Shown here: one piece after another, positions 14,201 to 26,949 of the stretch
How the letters are laid out: every line of letters begins with the position of its first letter
Numbering within the stretch: position 1 is the stretch's first letter
Source: the human T2T-CHM13v2.0 reference genome, Homo sapiens
Assembly (NCBI RefSeq): GCF_009914755.1
Contig: NC_060937.1
DNA length: 64,000 nt
Strand: one strand, 5' to 3'
Notes under the pieces: model-generated
The model's input: only the letters and a program-made list of their open reading frames with translations
Databases searched by the model: none
What the model was told of the DNA's origin: nothing
Position numbers and translations under genes: made by a program

Positions 14201-16045
14201 TCAAATGCATTCCATTCCATTCCATTCCATTCCATTCCATTCCATTCCATTCCATTTCATTCCTCTCGGGTTGATTCCATTACATTCCATGCCCCTTTAT
14301 TCCATTCCATTCCATTCCATTCCATTCCATTCCATTCCATTCCATACCATTCCACGAAAGTTGATTGCATGTTTTTCCATTATATTCAATTCCATTGCAT
14401 TCCATTCCATTCCATACCATTCCACCAAAGTTGATTGCATGTTTTTCCATTACATTCAATTCCATTGCATTCCATTCCATTCCATTCCATTCCATTCCAT
14501 TCCATTCCATTCCTTTCCACTCAGGTTGATTCCATTCCTTTCCATTCCATTCCATTCCATTCCATTCCATTCCTTTCCATACCCTTCGGGTTGATTCCTT
14601 TCCATTCCATTACATTCCATACCATTCCACTCCATTCCGTTCCATTCCATTCGGGTTGACTCCATTCCATTCCATGCCCTTTTATTCCATTCCATTCCAT
14701 TCCATACCATTCCAACAAAGTTGATTGCATGTTATTCCATTCCACTCCATTCCATTCCATTCTATTCCTTTCCACTCGGGTTCATTCCATTCCATTCAAT
14801 TCCATTCCGTTCCTTTCTGTTCCGTTCCATTCCATTCCATTTCATTCCATTGTATTCCACTCGGGATGATTGCATTCCATTCCATTCCATTCCATTCTAT
14901 TCCATTCCATTCCCTTCGAGTTGATTCCATTCAATTCCATTCCATTCCATTCCATACCATTCCACTCCATTCCGTTCTATTCTATTCGGGTTGATTCCGT
15001 TCCATTCCATGCCCTTTTATTCCATTCCATTCCATTCCGTTCCATTCCATTCCATACCATTCCACCAAAGTTGATTGCATGTAATTCCATTCCATTCCAT
15101 TCCATTCCATTCCATTCCATTCCATTCCCTTCCATTCCCTTCCATTACTTTTCCACTCGGGTTGATTCCATTCCATTCAATTCCGTTCCGTTCCGTTCCA
15201 TTCCATTCCATTCCATTCCATTTCATTCAATTGCATTCCACTCGAGTTGATTCTATTCCATTCCATTCCATTCCATTCCATTCCATTCCAGTCCATTCCA
15301 TACCCTTCGGTTTGATTCCTTTCCATTCCATTCTATTCCATACTATTCCACTCCATTCCGTTCGGATTGATTCCCTTCCATTCCGTTCCATTCCATTCCA
15401 TACTATTCAACTAGGGTTGATTCCATACCATTCCATTCCATTGCATTGCATTCCATTCCATTCCACTCGGGTTGATTCCCTTCCATTCCATTCCAATCCA
15501 TTCCATTCCATTCCATTCCATTCCATTCCATTCCACTCGGGTTGATTCCATTCCATTCCATTCCATTCCATTCCACTCCATTCCATTACATTCCATTCCA
15601 CTCAGGTTAATTCCGTTCCATTCCATTCCAATCCATTCGATTCCATTCAATTCCATTGGGGTCCATTCCATTCCATTCCATTCCGTTCCGTTCTGTTCCA
15701 TTTCATTCAATTCCTTTCCATTGCATTCCGTACCATTCCATTCTATTCTATTCCATTCCATTCCATTCCATGCCATTCCATTCCATTTTACTCAGGTTGA
15801 TTCCGTTCCATTCCATTCCAGTTGATTCCATTGCATTCCATTCCATTCCATTCCATTCCATTCCATTCCATTCCACTCGGGTTGATTCCATTCCATTCCA
15901 TTCCTTTCCATTCCATTCCATTCCGTTCCACTCGGCTTGATTCCATTCCATTCCATTCCATTCCATTCCATTCCATTCAATTCCATTCCATTCCATTCCA
16001 TTCCACTCGGGTTGATTCCATTCCATTCCATTCCTTTCCATTCCA
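8211..16045 (+). repeat. Apparently identical ~2.7 kb pair: ~8211-10940 and ~13316-16045 (offset 5105)
   Basis: About two dozen consecutive ORFs have identical translations at exactly +5105 (8457/13562 through 10683/15788). Pentamer-run lengths are the same in both copies. Confidence 0.92.
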
Positions 16046-17229
16046 TTTCATTCCGTTCCACTCGGCTTGATTCCATTCCATTCCATTCCAGTTTTTCCAC
16101 TCCACTCGTGTTGATTCCATTCCATTCCATTCCATTCCAGTTGATTCCATTCCATTCCATTGCTTTCCATTCCATTCCATTCCATTCAGGTTGATTCAGT
16201 TCCTTTCCATTGCATTCCATTGCATTCCATTCCAGTTGATTCCATTGTATTCCATTCCATTCAAATGCGTTCCATTCCATTCCATTCCATCCCATTCCAA
16301 TCCATTCCATTCCATTCCATTCCATTCCATTCCATTCCATTGCATTCCATTGCATTCCATTCCAGTTGATTCCATTGCATTCCATTCCATTCAAATGCAT
16401 TCCATTCCATTCCATTCCATCCCATTCCATTCCATTCCATTCCATTCCATTCCATTCCATTCGGGTTGATTCCATTCCATTCCATTCCATTCCATTCCAT
16501 TCCACTCCATTCCATTACATTCCATTGCACTCTGGTTGATTCCATTCCATTCCATTCCGTTCCATTCTACTCGGGTTGATTCCATTCCATTCCATTTCAT
16601 TCCATTCGATTTCATTCCACTGGTGTTAATTCCATTCCACTCCATTCCATTCCATTCCATTCCATTCGGGTTTATTCCATTTCATTCCATTCCATTCCAT
16701 TCCATTGCATTCCATTACTTTCCATTCTATTCCATTGCATTCCATTCCATTTGTGTTGATTCCATTCCATTCCATTCCATTCCATTCCACTCCATTCCAA
16801 TCCATTACATTCCACTCGGGTTGAATCCTTTCCATTCCATTCCAGTGCATTCCCTTCCATTCAATTCCACTCGGATTCAATCAATTCCATTCCATTCCAT
16901 TCCACTCGGGTTGTTCCATTCCATTCCATTCCTTTCCATTCCATTCCATTCCGTTCCACTCGGCTTGATTCCATTCCATTCCATTCCATTTTTTGCACTC
17001 CACTCGGGTTGATTCCATTCCATTCCATTCCAGTTGATTCCATTCCATTCCATTCCATTCCATTCCATTCCATTCCATTCCATTCCATTCAGGTTGATTC
17101 AGTTCCTTTCCATTCCATTCCATTGCATTCCATTCCAGTTGATTCCATTGCATTCCATTCCATTCAAATGCATTCCATTCCATTCCATTCCATTCCATTC
17201 CATTCCATTCCATTCCATTCGGGTTGATT

Positions 17230-20200
17230 CCATTCCATTCCATTCAATTCCATTCCATTCCACTCCATTCCATTACATTCCATTGCACTCTGGTTGATTC
17301 CATTCCATTACATTCCGTTCCATTCTACTCGGGTTGATTCCATTTCATTCCATTTCATTCCATTCGATTTCATTCCACTGGTGTTTATTCCATTCTACTC
17401 CATTCCATTCCATTCCATTCGGGTTTATTCCATTTCATTCCATTCCATTCCATTCCATTGCATTCCATTCCTTTCCATTCTATTCCATTCCATTCCATTT
17501 GTGTTGCTTGCATTCCATTCCATTCCATTCCATTCAATTCCATTCCCTTCCACTCCATTCCATTACTTTCCATTGCACTCTGGTTGATTCCATTCCATTC
17601 CATTCCAATCCATTCCATTCCATTCCATTCAATTCCATTCAGGTTCATTTCATTCCATTCCTTTCAATTCCATTCCATTCCATTCCATTCCAATCCATTC
17701 CCTTGCATTCCACTCTGGTTGATTCCATTCCATTCCATTCCATTCCATTCCATTCCATTCCATTCCATTCCATTCCGGTTGATTCTTTTCCATTCATTTC
17801 CATTCCATACCATTCGATTTCATTCCGTTCCATTCCATTCGTTTTGATCCTATTCCATTCCATTCCGTTCCACTCCATCCCTAACCATTACATTTCAGTC
17901 CGGTGAATCCATTCCATTGCATTCCAATGTCTTCCATTCCATTCCAATCCATTCCATTCCATTCAATTCCACTCGGATTCAGTATATTCCATTCCATTCC
18001 ATTCCCTTATGTTCCATTGCATTCCATACCATTCCATTCCACTCAGGATGATTCCATTCCATTCCATTCCATTCCATTCTGTTCCATTCCATCGTATTCC
18101 ATTCCATTCCATTCCACCCAGGTTGATTCCATTCCATTCCATTCTGTTCCATTCCACTCGGGGTGATTCCTTTCCGTTCCTTTCCATTTCATTCCATTGC
18201 ATTCCATTCCATGCCATTCCATTGCATTTGACTCACGTTGATTCCATTCCATTCCATTCCATTCCATTCCATTCCATTCCATTCCAGTTGATTCCATTGC
18301 ATTCCATTCCATTCCATTCCATTCCATTCCATTCCATTCCATTCCACTCGGGTTGATTCCATTCCATTCCATTCCTTTCCATTCCATTCCATTCCGTTCC
18401 ACTCGGCTTGATTCCATTCCATTCCATTCCAGTTTTTCCACTCCACTCGGGTTGATTCCATTCCATTCCATTCCATTCCAGTTGATTCCATTCCATTCCA
18501 TTGCTTTCCATTCCATTCCATTCCATTCAGGTTGATTCAGTTCCTTTCCATTGCAATCCATTGCATTCCATTCCATTCCATTCCATTCCATTCCATTCCA
18601 TTCCATTCCATTCGGGTTGATTCCATTCCATTCCATTCAATTCCATTCCATTCCACTCCATTCCATTACATTCCATTGCACTCTGGTTGATTCCATTCCA
18701 TTCCATTCCGTTCCATTCTACTCGGGTTGATTCCATTCCATTCCATTTCATTCCATTCGATTTCATTCCACTGGTGTTGATTCCATTCCACTCCATTCCA
18801 TTCCATTCCATTCCATTCCATTCGGGTTTATTCCATTTCATTCCATTCCATTCCATTCCATTGCATTCCATTACTTTCCATTCTATTCCATTGCATTCCA
18901 TTCCATTTGTGTTGATTCCATTCCATTCAATTCCATTCCATTCCACTCCATTCCAATCCATTACATTCCACTCGGGTTGAATCCTTTCCATTCCATTCCA
19001 ATGCATTCCCTTTCATTCAATTCCACTCGGATTCAATCAATTCCATTCCATTCCATTCCACTCGGGTTGTTCCATTCCACTCCATTCCTTTCCATTCCAT
19101 TCCATTCCGTTCCACTCGGCTTGATTCCATTCCATTCCATTCCATTTTTTGCACTCCACTCGGGTTGATTCCATCCCATTCCATTCAATTCCAGTTGATT
19201 CCATTCCATTCCATTCCATTCCATTCCATCCCATTCCATTCCATTCCATTCAGGTTGATTCAGTTCCTTTCCATTCCATTCCATTGCATTCCATTCCAGT
19301 TGATTCCATTGCATTCCATTCCATTCAAATGCATTCCATTCCATTCAAATGCATTCCATTCCATTCCATTCCATTCCATTCCATTCCATTCCATTCCATT
19401 CCATTTCATTCCTCTCGGGTTGATTCCATTCCATTCCATGCCCCTTTATTCCATTCCATTCCATTCCATTCCATTCCATTCCATTCCATTCCATACCATT
19501 CCACCAAAGTTGATTGCATGTTTTTCCATTACATTCAATTCCATAGCATTCCATTCCATTCCATTCCATTCCTTCCACTCAGGTTGATTCCATTCCTTTC
19601 CATTCCATTCCATTCCATTCCATTCCATTCCATTCCATTCCATTCCTTTCCATACCCTTCGGGTTGATTCCTTTCCATTCCATTACATTCCATACCATTC
19701 CACTCCATTCCGTTCCATTCCATTCGGGTTGACTCCATTCCATTCCATGCCCTTTTATTCCATTCCATTCCATTCCATACCATTCCAACAAAGTTGATTG
19801 CATGTTATTCCATTCCACTCCATTCCATTCCATTGTATTCCTTTCCACTCGGGTTCATTCCATTCCATTCAATTCCATTCCGTTCCTTTCTGTTCCGTTT
19901 CATTCCATTCCATTTCATTCCATTGTATTCCACTCGGGATGATTCCATTCCATTCCATTCCATTCCATTCTATTCCATTCCATTCCCTTCGAGTTGATTC
20001 CATTCAATTCCATTCCATTCCATTCCATACCATTCCACTCCATTCCGTTCCATTCTATTCGGGTTGATTCCGTTCCATTCCATTCCCTTTTATTCCATTC
20101 CATTCCATTCCGTTCCATTCCATTCCATACCATTCCACCAAAGTTGATTGCATGTTATTCCATTCCATTCCATTCCATTCCATTCCATTCCATTCCATTC

Positions 20201-23200
20201 CCTTCCATTCCCTTCCATTACTTTTCCACTCGGGTTGATTCCATTCCATTCAATTCCGTTCCGTTCCGTTCCATTCCATTCCATTCCATTCCATTTCATT
20301 CAATTGCATTCCACTCGAGTTGATTCTATTCCATTCCATTCCATTCCATTCCATTCCATTCCAGTCCATTCCATACCCTTCGGTTTGATTCCTTTCCATT
20401 CCATTCTATTCCATACTATTCCACTCCATTCCGTTCGGATTGATTCCCTTCCATTCCGTTCCATTCCAATCCATACTATTCAACTAGGGTTGATTCCATA
20501 CCATTCCATTCCATTGCATTGCATTCCATTCCATTCCACTCGGGTTGATTCCCTTCCATTCCATTCCAATCCATTCCATTCCATTCCATTCCATTCCATT
20601 CCATTCCACTCGGGTTGATTCCATTCCATTCCATTCCATTCCATTCCATTCCATTCCACTCCATTCCATTACATTCCATTCCACTCAGGTTAATTCCGTT
20701 CCATTCCATTCCAATCCATTCGATTCCATTCAATTCCATTGGGGTCCATTCCATTCCATTCCATTCCGTTCCGTTCTGTTCCATTTCATTCAATTCCTTT
20801 CCATTGCATTCCGTACCATTCCATTCTATTCTATTCCATTCCATTCCATTCCATGCCATTCCATTCCATTTGACTCAGGTTGATTCAGTTCCATTCCATT
20901 CCAGTTGATTCCATTGCATTCCATTCCATTCCATTCCATTCCATTCCATTCCATTCCATTCCATTCCATTCAATTCCATTCCATTCCATTCCATTCCACT
21001 CGGGTTGATTCCATTCCATTCCATTCCTTTCCATTCCATTCCATTCCGTTCCACTCGGCTTGATTCCATTCCATTCCATTCCAGTTTTTCCACTCCACTC
21101 GGGTTGATTCCATTCCATTCCATTCCATTCCAGTTGATTCCATTCCATTCCATTGCTTTCTATTCCATTCCATTCCATTCAGGTTGATTCAGTTCCTTTC
21201 CATTGCATTCCATTGCATTCCATTCCAGTTGATTCTATTGTATTCCATTCCATTCAAATGCGTTCCATTCCATTCCATTCCATCCCATTCCAATCCATTC
21301 CATTCCATTCCATTCCATTCCATTCCATTCCATTCCATTCCATTGCATTCAATTGCATTCCATTCCAGTTGATTCCATTGCATTCCATTCCATTCAAATG
21401 CATTCCATTCCATTCCATTCCATCCCATCCCATTCCATTCCATTCCATTCCATTCCATTCCATTCCATTCGGGTTGATTCCATTCCATTCCATTCCATTC
21501 CATTCCATTCCATTCCATTCGGGTTGATTCCATTCCATTCCATTCAATTCCATTCCATTCCACTCCATTCCATTACATTCCATTGCACTCTGGTTGATTC
21601 CATTCCATTCCATTCCATTCCGTTCCATTCTACTCGGGTTGATTCCATTCCATTCCATTTCATTCCTTTCGATTTCATTCCACTGGTGTTGATTCCATTC
21701 CACTCCATTCCATTCCATTCCATTCCATTCGGGTTAATTCCATTTCATTCCATTCCATTCCATTCCATTGCATTCCATTACTTTCCATTCTATTCCATTG
21801 CATTCCATTCCATTTGTGTTGATTCCATTCCATTCCATTCCATTCCATTCCACTCCATTCCAATCCATTACATTCCACTCGGGTTGAATCCTTTCCATTC
21901 CATTCCAATGCATTCCCTTCCATTCAATTCCACTCGGATTCAATCAATTCCATTCCATTCCATTCCACTCGGGTTGTTCCATTCCATTCCATTCCTTTCC
22001 ATTCCATTCCATTCCGTTCCACTCGGCTTGATTCCATTCCATTCCATTCCATTTTTTGCACTCCACTCGGGTTGATTCCATTCCATTCCATTCCATTCCA
22101 TTCCAGTGGATTCCATTCCATTCCATTCCATTCCATTCCATTCCATTCCATTCCATTCCATTCAGGTTGATTCAGTTCCTTTCCATTCCATTCCATTGCA
22201 TTCCATTCCAGTTGATTCCATTGCATTCCATTCCATTCAAATGCATTCCATTCCATTCCATTCCATTCCATTCCATTCCATTCCATTTTATTCGGGTTGA
22301 TTCCATTCCATTCCATTGAATTCCATTCCATTCCACTCCATTCCATTACATTCCATTGCACTCTGGTTGATTCCATTCCATTACATTCTGTTCCATTCTA
22401 CTCGGGTTGATTCCATTTCATTCCATTTCATTGCATTCGATTTCATTCCACTGGTGTTTATTCCATTCTACTCCATTCCATTCCATTCCATTCGGGTTTA
22501 TTCCATTTCATTCCATTCCATTCCATTCCATTGCATTCCATTCCTTTCCATTCTATTCCATTCCATTCCATTCCATTTGTGTTGCTTCCATTCCATTCCA
22601 TTCCATTCCATTCCATTCCATTCCATTCCATTCAGGTTGATTCAGTTCCTTTCCATTCCATTCCATTGCATTCCATTCCAGTTGATTCCATTGCATTCCA
22701 TTCCATTCAAATGCATTCCATTCCATTCCATTCCATTCCATTCCATTCCATTCCATTTTATTCGGGTTGATTCCATTCCATTCCATTGAATTCCATTCCA
22801 TTCCACTCCATTCCATTACATTCCATTGCACTCTGGTTGATTCCATTCCATTACATTCTGTTCCATTCTACTCGGGTTGATTCCATTTCATTCCATTTCA
22901 TTGCATTCGATTTCATTCCACTGGTGTTTATTCCATTCTACTCCATTCCATTCCATTCCATTCGGGTTTATTCCATTTCATTCCATTCCATTCCATTCCA
23001 TTGCATTCCATTCCTTTCCATTCCATTCCATTCCATTCCATTCCATTCCATTCCATTCCATTACAGTTGATTCCATTCCATTCCATTCCATTCCATTCCA
23101 TTCCATTCCATTCCACTCGGGTTGATTCCATTCCATTCCATTCCTTTCCATTCCATTCCATTCCGTTCCACTCGGCTTGATTCCATTCCATTCCATTCCA

Positions 23201-25200
23201 GTTTTTCCACTCCACTCGGGTTGATTCCATTCCATTCCATTCCATTCCAGTTGATTCCATTCCATTCCATTGCTTTCCATTCCATTCCATTCCATTCAGG
23301 TTGATTCAGTTCCTTTCCTTTGCATTCCATTGCATTCCATTCCATTCCATTCCATTCCATTCCATTCGGGTTGATTCCATTCCATTCCATTCAATTCCAT
23401 TCCATTCCACTCCATTCCATTACATTCCATTGCACTCTGGTTGATTCCATTCCATTCCATTCCGTTCCATTCTACTCGGGTTGATTCCATTCCATTCCAT
23501 TTCATTCCATTCGATTTCATTCCACTGGTGTTGATTCCATTCCACTCCATTCCATTCCATTCCATTCCATTCGGGTTTATTCCATTTCATTCCATTCCAT
23601 TCCATTCCATTCCATTCCATTCCATTCCATTCCATTGCATTCCATTACTTTCCATTCTATTCCATTGCATTCCATTCCATTTGTGTTGATTCCATTCCAT
23701 TCCATTCCATTCCATTCCACTCCATTCCAATCCATTACATTCCACTCGGGTTGAATCCTTTCCATTCCATTCCAGTGCATTCCCTTCCATTCAATTCCAC
23801 TCGGATTCAATCAATTCCATTCCATTCCATTCCACTCGGGTTGTTCCATTCCATTCCATTCCTTTCCATTCCATTCCATTCCGTTCCACTCGGCTTGATT
23901 CCATTCCATTCCATTCCATTTTTTGCACTCCACTCGGGTTGATTCCATTCCATTCCATTCCATTCCAGTGGATTCCATTCCATTCCATTCCATTCCATTC
24001 CATTCCATTCCATTCCATTCAGGTTGATTCAGTTCCTTTCCATTCCATTCCATTGCATTCCATTCCAGTTGATTCCATTGCATTCCATTCGATTCAAATG
24101 CATTCCATTCCATTCCATTCCATTCCATTCCATTCCATTCCATTCAGGTTGATTCCATTCCATTCCATTCAATTCCATTCCATTCCACTCCATTCCATTA
24201 CATTCCATTGCACTCTGGTTGATTCCATTCCATTACATTCCGTTCCATTCTACTCGGGTTGATTCCATTCCATTCCATTTCATTGCATTCGATTTCATTC
24301 CACTGGTGTTTATTCCATTCTACTCCATTCCATTCCATTCCATTCGGGTTTATTCCATTTCATTCCATACCATTCCATTCCATTGCATTCCATTCCTTTC
24401 CATTCTATTCCATTCCATTCCATTCCATTTGTGTTGCTTCCATTCCATTCCATTCCATTCCATTCCATTCCACTCCATTCCAATCCATTCCATTCCATAC
24501 GGGTTGATTCCATTCCATTCCATTCCATTCAATTCCATTCCCTTCCACTCCATTCCATTACTTTCCATTGCACTCTGGTTGATTCCATTCCATTCCATTC
24601 CAATCCATTCCATTCCATTCCATTCAATTCCATTCAGGTTCATTTCATTCCATTCCGTTCAATTCCATTCCATTCCATTCCATTCCATTCCATTCCATTC
24701 CATTCCATTCCGGTTGATTCTTTTCCATTCATTTCCATTGCATACCATTCGATTTCATTCCGTTCCATTCCATTCGTTTTGATCCTATTCCATTCCATTC
24801 CGTTCCACTCCATCCCTAACCATTACATTCCAGTCCGGTGAATCCATTCCATTGCATTCCAATCTCTTCCATTCCATTCCAATCCATTCCATTCCATTCA
24901 ATTCCACTCGGATTCAGTATATTCCATTCCATTCCATTCCCTTATGTTCCATTGCATTCCATACCATTCCATTCCACTCAGGATGATTCCATTCCATTCC
25001 ATTCCATTCCATTCTGTTCCATTCCATCGCATTCCATTCCATTCCATTCCACCCAGGTTGATTCCATTCCATTCCATTCTGTTCCATTCCACTCGGGGTG
25101 ATTCCTTTCCGTTCCTTTCCATTTCATTCCATTGCATTCCATTCCATGCCATTCCATTGCATTTGACTCACGTTGATTCCATTCCATTCCATTCCATTCC
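17230..25200 (+). repeat. Dispersed duplicate module ~17230-18260 vs ~24150-25200 (offset ~6935)
   Basis: CGTTTTGATCCTATT, CCCTAACCATTAC, CAGTCCGGTGAATCC and CCCTTATGTTCC are present in both copies. ORF pairs 17903/24838, 17963/24898 and 18009/24944 are offset 6935. Confidence 0.88.
22110..23020 (+). repeat. 470 bp tandem duplication
   Basis: TTCAGGTTGATTCAGTTCCT occurs at 22161/22631 and TTCCATTTTATTCGGG at 22281/22751. EcoRI-type TTGAATTCC occurs at ~22316/22786. ORF pairs 22316/22786 and 22407/22877 match. Confidence 0.93.
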
Positions 25201-26949
25201 ATTCCATTCCATTACAGTTGATTCCATTGCATTCCATTCCATTGCATTCCATTCCACTCGGGTTGATTCCATTCCATTCCATTCCTTTCCATTCCATTCC
25301 ATTCCGTTCCACTCGGCTTGATTCCATTCCATTCCATTCCATTCCTCTCGGGTTGATTCCATTGCATTCCATTCCATTCCAATGCACTTGGGTTGATTCC
25401 AGTCCCTACCATTCCATTCCATTCATTTACATTACACTCTGGTTGATTCCATAGCATTCCATTCCATTCCATCACATTCGGGTTGATTCCATTCCATTCG
25501 GTTCCACTCCATTCCATTCCATTCTACTCCATTCCATTCCATTCCACTCCACCCGGATTGATTCCATTCCATTCCTTTCCATTCCATTCCATTCCTTTCC
25601 TTTCCATTCCATTCCACTCCATTCCATTCCATTCCATTCCAGCCGGACTGATTCCATTCCATTCCATTCCATTCCATTCCATTCCATTCCATTCCATTCC
25701 AGTTGATTCCATTGGATTTGATTCCGTTCCATTCCATTCCATTCCGTTGCATTCCATTCCACTCGAGTTGATTCCAATCCATTCCATTGCATTACATTCC
25801 ATTTCATTCCAATCGGGTGGATTCCATTCCATTCCATTCCATTCCACTCGGGTTGATTCCTTTCCCTTCCTTTTCATTCCATTCCATTCCATTCCATTCC
25901 ATTCCATTCCATTCCATTCCATCCCATTCCATTCCGTTCCATTCCATTCGTGTTGATTCCATTCCATTCCACACCAATCCATTCCTTTCCATTCCAATCC
26001 ATTCCATTCCATTCAATTCCACTCACATTCAATCTATTGCATTCCATTTTATTCCATTCTGTTTCATTCCATTCTATTAGATTCCATACCATTCCATTCC
26101 ACTCGGGATGATTGCATTCCATTCCATTATATTCCGTTCCATTCCAGTCCATTCCATTCCATTCCACTCGGGTTGATTCCATTCCTTTCCATTCCATTCC
26201 ATTCCATTCCACTCTGGTCGTTTCCATTACATTCCTTTCCATTTCATTCTATTCCATTCCATTCTATTCCATTCGCTTCCACTCCATTCCATTCCATTCC
26301 TCTCCGGTTATTCCATTCCATTGCATTCCATTCCACTCGGGTTTTTTCCATTCCATTCGATTCCATTTTTTTCCATTACATTCCGTTCCATTACATTCCA
26401 TTCTATAACATTCCACTCAGGTTGATTCCATACCATTCTATTCCATTCCACTCCTTTAATTTCCATTCCATTCCATTCCACTCTTGTAGATTCCATTCCA
26501 TTCCATTCCATTCCGTTCCATTCCATTCCATTCCATTCTATTCCATTCCATTCCATTAAATTCCATTCCATTCCCTTCCATTCCATTAGTTTCTAATCGG
26601 GTTGATTTCAATCCATTCCATTATATTCAAGTCCTTTCCATTCCATGCGGTTCCACTCGGGTTGTTTCCATTTTGTTGTATTCCATTCCATTCCATTCCA
26701 TTCCATTCCATTGCATTCCATTCCATTGCATTGCATTCCACTCGAGTTGTTTCCATTCCTTTCCATTAGATTCCATTCCATTCCATTCCAATCCATTCCA
26801 TTCCACTCCACTCCGGTTGATTCCATGCCATTCCATTCCATTCCATTCCATTCCATTCCATTCCATTCCGTTTTAATCAGGTTGATTCCTTTCCACTCCA
26901 TTCCAGTTTATTCCACTCCACTTGGGTTGATTCCATTCCATTCCATTCC

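Larger units (their letters stand above)
7150..24150 (+). repeat. ~5.1 kb higher-order repeat domain (about 3.3 copies), each unit a long (~3.0 kb) plus short (~2.1 kb) subunit
   Basis: Marker TTTTTTGCACTCC occurs at ~8931, 11984, 14036, 16989, 19145, 22052 and 23919 (spacings ~3053, 2052, 2953, 2156, 2907, 1867). ORF offsets are 5105 (8457/13562, 9970/15075), 5104 (13583/18687) and 5073 (14721/19794, 15075/20148). Confidence 0.88.
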
